DNA of 64,000 nucleotides from Candidatus Omnitrophota bacterium (GTDB lineage Bacteria; Omnitrophota; Omnitrophia; Omnitrophales; Aquincolibacteriaceae): NCBI GenBank assembly GCA_022711115.1, contig JAKLFP010000006.1, positions 19,699 to 83,698 of the forward strand, read 5' to 3'. Shown piece by piece: positions 51,601 to 63,600 of this stretch (position 1 is its first letter; each line of letters starts with the position of its first letter). The notes under the pieces were generated by a model. It saw only the letters and a program-made list of their open reading frames with translations, ran no database searches and was not told where the DNA came from. The position numbers and the translations under genes were made by a program.

Positions 51601-54600
51601 ACCGTGGCAGATAGCCTCAGCAAAGCATCGAGATGCCCCATAACAGTTTCAAAAATGAGACGCCCTTCCGCAAGCCTAAAACTGATCCTAGCCACCGCCC
51701 GCATCAATTGGATTTTTTCAGCGCGCTCAAGACGCGCCACCTGATTGGACTGCAAATCGAAGTATCTGCTGATTAAGCTCATACCCTTGTCAAAGGCATC
51801 TAACCCTGCTGCTTTATTAAAAGATATGGTATAGGCAACTGTAATAATGCTAAGTTTATCTTTCAGCGGTAATTTTTTCATATCATCAAGAGGCATGTCA
51901 AAACGATCCGCTAGGTATCTGATTGCGTTGCTGAAAGTCTCTATTCCTTCCTGTTGATTGCGTCCCACTTCGTAGGCAGCGGTAATCAATCGAATTTTTT
52001 CCGACAGTTCAAGACCTCGGATTACCTCCGGCATAAGATCGAATACGTTACCCATTTCTGCTATGGTTCCTTTAAACGCCTGGAACCCATGCGATCCTCC
52101 CATGGAAACGCCATAAGCAGCAGCAATAAGCGACATCTTGTCTTCGTCATCAAGAGTGGGCATATCCTCCCACTTTATTCCAAAAAAAGTATCGATATGT
52201 TCCAAAGTATTCAAAAAGGCTTTAAGTCCAGCCTCTCTGCCATGAGACACTTCATAAGCAGCGGTAATCAGACGAATTTGAGCAGCCGGATTGCCCCTTA
52301 AGTTTTGAGGATCTAATTTGAAAATCCTTCGAACTTCTGCGAGAGTATCGTTGAAGGTTTTGAATCCCGCCGTTTTTCTTAAAGCAACGCTGTAAGCAGC
52401 GGTAAGAAGTCGAATCTTCATTTGCGTGTCCATCGTCGCCCTATCGTTATGCAAAATACCGTAGCGGTTATGCAATAAGTCGAAGAAATCCTGCAAATAT
52501 TCACCCCCACTCTTGAACCCTTTGGCAGGATTCGCCTTTGCTCGAGATAAATAAAAAGCTGCCGTCACAACACGCTGTTTGTCGACACCCTTCAGGTTGA
52601 GAACCACAAGGTTTGTTTCTTTTTCGATAAGGGCGAGAATATCTTTGAATCGAGCAAATCCCACCCCCGATAATCCAAGCCCATAAACAGCCGTCATAAT
52701 CCTTCGTTGCCTTCCCGCCGGCAATTTTTTGAGCTCAAACCCGAGAGATTGCTTGAAAAATTCCAGAACTACCCGGCAACGTTGCCATTCACCCGGCCCC
52801 TTACGGTTCACGATGCGCGCAACGTTGAGCGCTTTTTTGATCGATGCTTCATTCTGAGAACTGATCCCAAATTCATGGATAAGCGTCAGTGCAATGTTTC
52901 GGAATAATTCAGTATTGCCGCGTTTTAAAAATTGTGTCATGGCTTCGGCGCCAGAAATGTCAAAGTGATTCTCAATAAGTTTTAAGATGGAAGCCTGATC
53001 TTTCAATGCTGCCATCACACCTTGCCTCTGCGGCGCAACACGAACCTCGGAACGTGGTTGGTCATTGCGAAGCCGGTCTTCTGGTGACAGGCCGGCAGCG
53101 CTAAGCACATCTCTAGAGATCTCTGCCCCGCCCTTGGTGATCGAAACATGGCGAACTCCTGTCATGCCAGGCAGGGTTTTGATAAAACGGAGTCGATCCG
53201 CATTCCATTGGATTTTGAATTCACGCAGTGCCTCGCCGCCCAACTTTTCCTCGGCCTTCCAAAGTGCGATCTCACGTTTCGCTTCCGGATCAAGATCGGG
53301 ATGAACGCCAGCAAGCCATAATGTCTTGCGCAATGTCACCGATGAATCGATCAGGACAAAATTAACCTTGAAATCCACTTCGCGCGTCAAGCCGGCATCG
53401 ACCGCTTTTTGATAAGCTTTTTGGAAACGTTCTTTAAGGACCGGCATTTGAGCATAAATGATCGGCCGCTTCCCCGGCGCATCGGCTTTTTTGAGAGCCT
53501 TTAATTTTTGATTAAGACGCTTGAGATCCGGTTCTGAATAAATATCCCATCCGATCGCGACGCGGACGGATTGAGGAATCTGTTCTTTTCGCTTCATCTC
53601 GGAAATAATCCTAAGCGTGCCGATGGCGTTGGTAGAGAATATATTTTCCACCTCGCCCCAGCTCCTGAAAATCCAGCGAAGAATCTTGCGAACCGGATGC
53701 CCCCCGCTGACCACCGTCAAAAAACGCGCTCCCTGGCCATGAACAGCCATGGCGATCCTATTGATAATTTCGTTTTGGGAACGCATTTGCGTGGCGATCG
53801 TGGCTGTGTATCCCTTGGGAACTTCCGGAAGACTGCTCAAGCTGACATGACGGCGCATATCCGATCCCAAATCACGCATCATGCCGAGAACACCGTTCAC
53901 GCGAAAATAATAGATCGGCGATAAAAAGCTCCCAAAAAACAACTTTAGAAAAATATTTTTTTGTTCCATGCCCTGCCATTTTGTTTCAAGATCATTCAAC
54001 TTTCTGGCAAGCCTATGGATGCGTTCGATCATCCAGTCCGAAAGATCCGGAGCATCGCGCTCGGTAACAGCATCAAAATCGCCGGCCTCATAACTGTTAT
54101 TTGAGCGCTGAACACGAACCAGGTATTTCCCAAAGCTGTCCCGAGATCCCAAAAGCGGCGGACTCATTTCGGCTTCGACCGTGAATTTCCCGGCATCAAT
54201 TCTTTCTTTAAATGTTCCGAGTTGTTTGCGAATTTTATTTTCAGTGTTTGTCCTCATTTCGGAACGAGTCGCATCAAAAAGCCGAAAATTTCTCATAACC
54301 TCGTTGCGCATCTGATCCTGCGAGATCGTCCCGTTTAAAAAGTCCTGCACGGTCTTACGGATCGTAGGGTCCTCAAGATTCTTCAGCCCTTTTCTTTGAC
54401 GCTCCCTATATAAGTCATATTTTTCTTGCAAGGCGCTTAAACTCCGCACGCGATCGGCATTCCCTACTTTTTTCTCATAGTCTCTCAACACCGTAAAAAG
54501 TGTGGGATTTGTATTTTCAAGATCTCCAAATTGTTTCAATAACGGTTCAACGCCTTCCTTTTTAAATCGGCTAAGCCTGAACCGATCTGTCTTTTCTAAT

Positions 54601-57600
54601 TCTCCAGCATCGCTTGGGAAATACCCCCAACGAGAGCCACGCACATAAAACAAAAGTTTTGAAATCTGGTCCTCGGGTTGATGGGAAGAAGCATCATGGA
54701 TCGGATCAGGATTTCTCAAATGAGCAACAAAAATAGGATTCCTTAAGTAAAACTTAATCAACTCACGCTCTAATTGGAGCATGGCATCTTTTCTAGCTAA
54801 AGCCAAATATCCTTTGAATTTATTAAATAAATTTTCGTGTGCTTTAATCCATTCATCGATTATTGCATCATATTTTGCAAGTTCATTTTCAACTTCAAAC
54901 TGTTCTTGGGAGATTATTTCCCTTTGCTGTTTGCCGTATATGGCAATCAGATCTTTTAAATTTTTGACTCTAATGTCTACGACACCGTTGTTTTCCTTTT
55001 CGTCTATATTTTCAAAATTACTTCCAATCCAAGTTGGATCATCCTCAATCAGACTTATCCCAGTTCCTGGCGTCATAAAATCAATGTGTAACAATACTCC
55101 GCCCGGCATACCATTTCTGAAAACACCAATTAAGAACTTTTGGTCTGCATGAAACGATTTAGCTAATAACCCGGCATAGGCAGCAACCGTTCCGCTCGCA
55201 GTCGCATCATCATAAAAGATCAATGTTTTGCCTTCGACGCGTTTCGCCACATCAGTACCTTGCAGTAAGGTGTTAAGAATGTTCCGGGAGGCATGCCCGG
55301 CAGTAGTTTTTAGATGTAAAATATTCGCATATTCTCCCAACGTCTTATGATAAACACTGAGAATATCTTTTCTTAACTTTTCTGGAATACTTCCATTTTT
55401 TTGTTCATCCAGCTCATGACGCAACCGATTCTCAAACATGGTGATTTCTTCCATTGTTAAACGCATCGTTGCTTCAGACTTTGGCCCGAGCTGTTTTTCA
55501 ACTTCTGAGATAAGCCTGGAAATGTTTACGGGACCGGACGGAACTATTTCATTTACTAAAGCGATGATAGATTTGTTCAACCACAACTTGCCAATATATG
55601 CCGACAACATTGGATCGACAGCATCGCCGACTAACGAAACAAGTTGTCCAACCGTAATGTTATCACCCTGGATTTTTTCGAGCCCCTCTAGCGGGCCCCC
55701 TTTCTTGGCAACACACTGATCGATTACTCTTCGATCACCCGTATTCAAGGAAGAATATTGCTGCAATATTACACGCCAGCGTTCGCTTCCAACTTTCTGG
55801 TTTTTTTCATCATCGGTTAACAGCTGATTGATCGAGCGGGCTAAGGGATATACGAGATCTTCTGGTGACACCGAAATACGCCCCACCATGGGCTCGGGAA
55901 TAGGCTTTGTGATCAAACCTTGTTCCTTCAGTTTCCTAATAACCTCATCCCAGTGCTCATAAAAGATTTGCATACTTCGTTGGATAAAAAAGGGAATGGC
56001 ATCATTATTTAATTCTTTAATTTTTTGAACCATGCTTACGAGGCTAAGCCAATAAAGTTCCGGGAGTTCTTCGAGTCTTCTAACTAATGTTTTTTTTGCT
56101 AATGCTTCTAATTCCTCCTCGATCACAGCCCTGGTTTTCCTCGAAATTTTTTGTCGGTCTTCTATCCACCGTTCAAGAAGCTCTGTGTTCCCTCCAAAAT
56201 GAAGTCGATCCGCAAGATTTTTAAAATTTCTCACTTCAGCACGTTTGGCATCAGCCCGACTGGAGAGCTTGCTATGAGCTTTCGAGCGAGGAACTATATC
56301 AGGAACAGAGTGGCGAGTCAGCATGATGCGCTCCCCATTTTGATCCGTCATAGCCAACTGACGCAATTGTTCCAACGCGATTCTTTCATTCACGCTTCTT
56401 TCATAGCTTCCTTTTCCGGGATTCCAAATAGCTGCAGATTCTTTCGAAACTTCAGGATTCCCTGCTTTAAACCAATAAAGATCATAAATTTTTTCATAGG
56501 CAGCCATTCTGTGATCGTCTTCCCTTGGTTCATAAAAAAGAATCAACTCATCACCTTCCAAAGTATGCAAAATATTCCCCTGGATTACCCCCTTCCAAAA
56601 CCCCGCATTGTAAATATCCCCAATCCTTGTTCCGTCCTCTTTCCGAATCGCGCTTGGCGGGGCAGGATTTTCCTGCGGATGACTATGAATTTCGATTATC
56701 TCGTCAGGTTTTTGAGAAAGCTGATGGGATTGGCCCCGCAAGTTGCGCGCACCGATCCACGTCGTCACGGCATAATCGATGTTGAGAAGATCCCGAATCA
56801 TATCCTCTGAAAATTGAGTCATTTGCTCTAATTGCCCGGGAACTAATTCATAACGTGCTTGAGATTTCACGGAAAACAATTCGATGCGAACACGGTATTC
56901 CTTGATGGCTTTCGCAAGATCGCTAAGAATCGCTTTGCTTTCAGCCAGTCGTTCCGTTTTTTCCTTCACATCGGCTTTTTGGATGGCACCGGCAAGTTCT
57001 TTAGCTTCCCGCAAAAGATAAGCTGGAAATGAAAAATAATAGACATTTTCAGTCACCTCAAATTCGTCCTGTGAAAGAGACCTGATGACGGCAAATTTTG
57101 TTTCATCCCGCGGATAATCGATATCATAGACAATCCCATTCTTGACATAGAGCGTCGCTTCAAGCTCGACATCAAGTTTGGCCTTGAGCTGTGCTATTTT
57201 CTGAAGTTCCTGTAAAAAAACCGGCGGGATCGAAACTGTTTTGGCTCCGTCACGACTTTTGAAGATAATGGGATGGTCAAAGACAACCGGTTCCGCTCGA
57301 ATTTCGGATCGAAGATTCGGGTGTAAATTCACGACGTAATATTGTTCCGAAAAAGGAATGTGAGGAGGCATAGGGCTAAGATGTTTTAAAGTTTCAAGAC
57401 GATAAAGGCCTCCTAATTCTTCGAGATAGCGTTGCCAATCACTGGCAGTAAAAGTGTCTTTTTGATGCCCGGAAACAAACGCATAGCCTTCTCTGGCAGC
57501 TTGGTCAAACAATCTTTGGCGCAAAAGATTCCCGATCCCTTGTTTTTGCCATTCCGGTAAAACCTGTCGCGTTAGAATGTACAAAACTTTTTGCGAATGT

Positions 57601-60600
57601 ACGTTGGTCATTCGTTCTTCCGGAATTGGAATATCCGTTAAGGGAATGCCTAACGTATAACCTATTAATTTTTGCGTCGTCTCATCAAAAGCTCCTACCA
57701 TGATTGCCTTAGGATTTTGAAAAATATTTTTCAAAATAGACTCTGGCATTCTCGCATTGCCCATATTGACCTGCTCTATCTTTACAATATCATCCCAGAT
57801 CTCAGCTTTGTTTCTAAGGTTAAAATCTAGAACCTGCATTTCAATGGGCTGCGCCCGCAATTCGGCACGTACGCTGTCATCCTCAGTGCGGAGACTGCTT
57901 CGTATCTCCGAGCGAGAATCAATGACTTGTTCTTTTATAGCCCGAATAGTCATGCCATGAGTTCGGCCGGGAATGGAGTCCTCGGAAGTAGGCGATGCCA
58001 GCATCAGACGTACCAGCCATTGCGACAAAGTTATGGGTTGGGCGCCATAAAAACCATCCGAACCATAGATCACGTTTAATTTGAACTTCGGCTCAGCCCA
58101 CCAATAATTAGGATAATCATGCCGTAAAGTCACCACATTCAGCATATCATTGGCAGGAGTCGATTCGATGGTGAGACCCAGCTTTTGAACCCTCTTTAAG
58201 AGTGCCACATGCTCCAGGGTTCCTTGTTTCCAATAAAAACTGGCCGGATCTTGCTGATGGCGAAGATAGCGTATCAAGCCCGGCGTGAAGATCCTTCCGT
58301 GACCGATTCGGTCGAGGAACTTTCCTAAAACATCGAGATGCGCCTTCACAAATGCCAAATGCCCTCTTGAATCAGTGCCGGGTGATGCTCCCGCGAAATC
58401 GCCAAGATGCGTCGTGGTTTCATACCCCACCGCTTGAAAAACCTTAAACCAATTTGCGAGCCATGCAAGATGAAGGTCATCCTTAACGCTCTGCACTGTC
58501 TTCGCTTCCGTTCCCTTCCATTCAAAAGGTTCGATGCCGGCAATCCCGATCCCCTTGAATCTCCCGGGTTCGGCGCCCACTTCATTCTTTTCTCTCAATG
58601 CTTTGAGCAAATGAAAGCTTTTGTCCCATGCCTCCTGGTTGAACGAAGGCCCCCGCATTTTTTCTCTGTCAAAACTGAAAGTGAAACTTGTAAAATATTC
58701 GCGCCCAAAAGTTTCCCTGGCGAATGCTTCGATATCCCGGGTCCTTTGCAAAAGCACTTTCAAAAAGCGATGCAGAGAAGCTTGCGTTATTTGGGTTGTA
58801 AAAAAAGGATTTATGAAAAGTTCAAGATCGGTGATCCCGTCCGCGAAATTTTGCATAAGAACCCGTTCGATCGAATCAATCGCTGCGATCTGCCGCTCTT
58901 CCGGATCCGTAATCGCATCGACCCAAAGATCTCTTACATCTCTTGTCCCTCGAAAATAACGGTTGTCCACGATCTCCATGAATTCATTGACCGGAATACG
59001 ATGCCAATCGGCATGCTTTGCGAGTAATTCCCTGAACTTTCGCATGGCGATAACGCGTTCCGGAATCTGGCTTTGCATCTTTTTATCCATAATTTTTTCC
59101 AGGTTGATGCGATACCGAAAATCATGCTGGCGTTCCGCCAACTCCCACAGAATCATTTCCTCCGGTATGGAAGCGGTGATGTGGGTATGCCTTTCTTTTT
59201 TAGGCCACTGCCGCACCATTTCGATGAGGGCTTGATACGCGATATTTTTAAGAGGAAAGTTAAGCTTTTTTCCCTGTTTTTTCCCTTTTAGGATCCTGAT
59301 CCAGCGGAGCAAATCTTTTAAACTTTGTTCCCAGTCTTTTCGCTGCTTAATTTGGAAATCATCCAGGGCTTTTTCGAGAATACGGACAAGGTGGGTATCC
59401 GGATCCGAAGAGCTGAGCCTTTCAAAAACGGACGCCAAGGCGCTAACATTGGATAATCTTTCAAAATATCTAGCCCTCTCCACTTCAATGTTATGATAGG
59501 AAGTTAAAAGTTCGCGCCATAAAACAGGTGTCCGAGCGTAAAAATAAGCCTGCAAGACTTCTGACGTACCCTGTTTTACATCAAGATCCTTGCCATGCCT
59601 TTTGACCGGCTTCCGCTCACCTTCAAGACCACTTCTTACCTCGGAGCGAGCTTCAGCGGCGGATACAGGTTCAATCATAGCGATCGCGGCGGTGCCTCCC
59701 TCATAAACAATCGGACTGCTCTCTTCCTGGACAAAAACACCATTCACGCGTTTGAAGGCATCTTTGCTGTTTGCAATCATGGCCAAATCCATAATCGGGT
59801 CATTTCTTTGCTTCATGCCTTCCCGAACAACGTCTTGAACTTGCGCAAGCGTATAACCATTCCGTTCCATTTTGTCGCCCGTTAAAACAATAGCTGCAAT
59901 TTTCCCGGACTTGGTGATTCCCAACAGATTATGCGGATAAAAAGACCTGCGAAGCCGGATGTGAAGAATGCCCCGCCCATCGATGAAATACTGCCCTTCT
60001 TTTAGTGCGGCGGGCGGGCAAGCATCGGTAGAGACATATGTTTTTCTTCGAAACATATCTGCTTCAATTTGATTCAAGGTATAAGAGGCACGATAGGACC
60101 GGATAAGGTACGGATTGAGATCGATCTCCGCGTAACCGTCTTGTTCCAACACTTTTTTGAGAACCGGTCGGTCTTCAGGAAATACCGGATTTGCCGGGCC
60201 AGTCATTAATTCCTTGAGTCCTACTGGTTCGCCATAAAGGGTTCCATCTCCTTCGACATGAGCCAGCACCGGAAGCCTGTAAAGATGGAAGATATCCACC
60301 CATTGCGCCGCAAGTTCCGCGACTGGTACGCTATTTCCCTGGCGGATAATTCGCTGGCCGAATAAGGCAAATTTGATCTGAGAAGCCAGGTTTGTTTTGG
60401 TAGCATCACTGGCCCGGTAAACTTGTACGATCGTCGGTGGTTCATCCGAAACCTTTTCGAACCTCAGATCTTCAAAACTCGCTTTTCGATCATTCCAGAT
60501 CACCAACATCGAATAGGTACGCGCGTCAAAGGGTTCGCCCATCCTGTGAAAGAGCCGGCTTTGTTTCCCGTCGTACGCCACAAACCAGTCATTGTGATAA

Positions 60601-63600
60601 GTATTGTGAGAAGAATAGACCGTATAGCGGCTTATGTCTTTGCCGAGTCTCTCGGCCAAAGGAACTTCCAGATCTCCCCAAGGAACATCGACATTGCGAA
60701 TGCCTTCACGGCGGTCCCATCGCAGTTTATGAAGTACGTGATCAAATGTATAGCGACCGCTGGGTGCGGGATTGATAAGAAGCTCCACTTCAACTTTTGA
60801 GGGATCATAAAGGTCAAAAATCTGAGGGTAGGCTGGCTTCGGCTCAGAGATCTTCAAAAAATTAGCCAGAACCTGGACTTTTTCTACCTGCGTTTCAGAA
60901 CGGCTTTCTATTAATGGTTTTTTTTCTTCCGCTGCGCGAAGTTCCGAACGGGACTCAAGAGCACGGGCATAGCTGTGGATCTCCTCAAGGGTGCTCAGAA
61001 GTTCGGGTCTACCCAAAATCCCGGATTCAGCCGCAAAAGATCGGAGGGTGTTTTTCATCCTCCCGTAGCGGGCTAGTATCTCCCGTGGATTGTCCTGATC
61101 GATCACAAATTTTGCATAAGCCTGACTTGGAAAAACAAACTCCTCTTCTGCCAGTCGGGCATGCTGCCAGAGCTCAAGAAATTTCACAGGATTTTCTATC
61201 TTCCGAACGGCGCTATCGCGTTCCAATCTTCTTAAAAATCTCAGCGGGTGCGGCGCTGTAACAAAGACAGAAAGGAGTTCGTACCCTGATAAAGCATCCC
61301 TGTAAGAACTATCCAGCACGTGAAGCCCGTCAAGTCCCAGGACATCACGTTCACCGAGCATTACAGAAGACGGCGTTCGATCTTTGGCAAAAAGGGGCGG
61401 AGGAAGGATCTCGGCATTACCTTTAAGAAGACCTTGGGTAATGCGAAGAACCGCTGCCCTGTCATAGGAATCTAAATGATCCAGGCTGAATCTTCCCAAG
61501 TAAAAGGGGCGTTGTTCTTTGGGCACGAGAAAATTGTCGACAGACACCGTGACTAAATTCCGGTTACATAATCTCAAGGCTTCCAGGATTTTTTCAATCA
61601 ATGTGGATTTTCCCGAAGCTGTAGGCCCCCCCATCAGCACGACTCCTCTGGGCGGTAAGGAGACTACCTCTTCCAGCATCTTCCGAAGAATTTCTTCACG
61701 CATTTCATCTTTTAAAGATGGTTCTTCATCTCGAACCTCCGAACGGGATAAATTTGATTTTATACGATCCGGAAAAAGAGCCGGCACGACATCCAGCCAG
61801 GCGTCGACTCCACGCAATCCGTTCAATTCTTTTGTTGCAACTACATCCGGATTCGTTTCATCAAATAAATCGACGGAAATGCCGCCTATACGATTCGTGA
61901 GTGCGATACCGTTCCGGCCAGGGCTGCCCTGATCATCAATAGAAATGAAATGATCTCTTCCAAGCAGTGTTTCATATCTTCTGACGGCATTCTGTTTGCT
62001 GGCACCCTCCGAAAGGATATCCCACGTAGTACCGGTCCATACGACCTCCACGGGAATGCCCTGTTTTTCAAAATAGGATCTGATCTCGGCGATTCTCGCA
62101 TTGATCCAGTCCGGACGGTTTTTGACTCCTTGAAGTGTCCCATAAGGAAGAAGCAGAGAAACGGAATAGGGCCGGAAAAAGGCGACTGGTTTTTCATAGG
62201 AAATATTTAATTGGCGATAGATATCCTTAATAAATATGCCTTGCAGAAATTTCAAAAAATCGTTTTGCTCTTTTTCTTTTTTTAAAAGAGGCTGAATTCC
62301 AAAGTGATACGGCTCCTGCGTCGTCTCATTAAAACCATAAGCAGCATTTTCAGGAAAAACATCCAGAAACCGAAGCGCTTCCTTGTTCTCTTTCAGAGTC
62401 GCTTCCAAGGGTAAAATGATATTTTCCAGGATATCCGCAATATAGGGCGGTGTCGCAGGCTTTCCTTCCAAAGAAACGATCCGCTGCTTGCGTTTATCAT
62501 AAATCCGGCCCGTCGCTAATCCGACACGGATCTTTGCTTTTAAAAGCTCAGCAATCCAAACAATAGCCCTGTGATCGACACGGTGTATGTTATCTGTGAT
62601 CGCGAAATCCACATCCGTCAAAAGTCCTGACCAGCCCCCGCGTTGTAATGCTTCAAACCTTTGACGGTGCAAAACACGCCTACCTTCTTCTTCCGTTCGC
62701 ATCTCCGAACGAACGTCTTCGCCGGGCTCCTCTGCCCCGGAAAAATCCGAAACGATATTATTCGGGTCAAGATTCTCGAAGGGATGTTCGAAAAATTCAG
62801 CAAGCATCCTGTTTGCTTTCTGGACGTAACCGCCTCTTTCCGCCAGATATTGCGGGGGGGTCGCCAAAAGCCTGGCTTCCATGGCAAATTTTAATTTTGG
62901 TTCAAACCATCCGACATTCAGCAATAACTTCATTTCCTCGATATTTCCTCGGGTCATTTTGCGCGGATATCCCAACCGCAATTCTCCCTGAAGGATCTCT
63001 TCGCTTATCCCGCCTCTCGGGTCCGGCCTTGCCGTCAGGAATATTTCAAGTTCATTCAGAAAATCCGCCCAATAACCCAAGCGAAGCGCGATAAAAATAA
63101 GTTCCATCTGGAGGGCATGCGGCAAAACACCTTTGATGTCATAGAGCTGAATGCCTGCCGTCGCATAGACAATTTGTCGAAAAATCTCTTCCGAACGAGT
63201 ATGCATTCCCATGGCTTCATACCGGTTCAAAAGACGCTTGGAAACAGCAAGCAAGCTCATGAATTTATCCCTAGTCACGAACCTTTGATTTCCTGTTAGA
63301 TTTCCGAGCGGGTCCCCTGCGGCTAATTCCATGGCGTCCCGGAGAAAACGCGCCGCCTCCTCTTCTTCGGTAATCACAAAATCCATGTGGAATCTATACC
63401 GCTCAAGCACCTGTTTTCTCATGCGGGTGATCATCCTGGCCTTGAGTGCTTCCGTCGGGATCAAACCGCTGTCTTCGATATCAAAGAAATGGGTATTTAA
63501 TTTCATCCTTTCTTCCTCAATAGCATTTTGTATCTCACGGGATCGTCCGTTTTTGGATGGCGGAGTGACAAAAACTTCCGAATAAATATCCAGCCACTCC

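Noticed and set aside
56151-56810. 219-aa plus-strand ORF and the many other plus-strand ORFs (43221..63981)
   Set aside because: All lie antisense within the continuous 21-kb minus-strand coding frame. They are short, low-complexity and lack start context.
43467-62713. RSEMR-encoding sites as a DNA-level REP/MITE-like repeat (GTTCGGARATGCGAAC with inverted GTTCG/CGAAC ends)
   Set aside because: Codons vary synonymously between copies while the peptide is conserved, so the conservation is at protein level. A role for the DNA in past recombination cannot be fully excluded.
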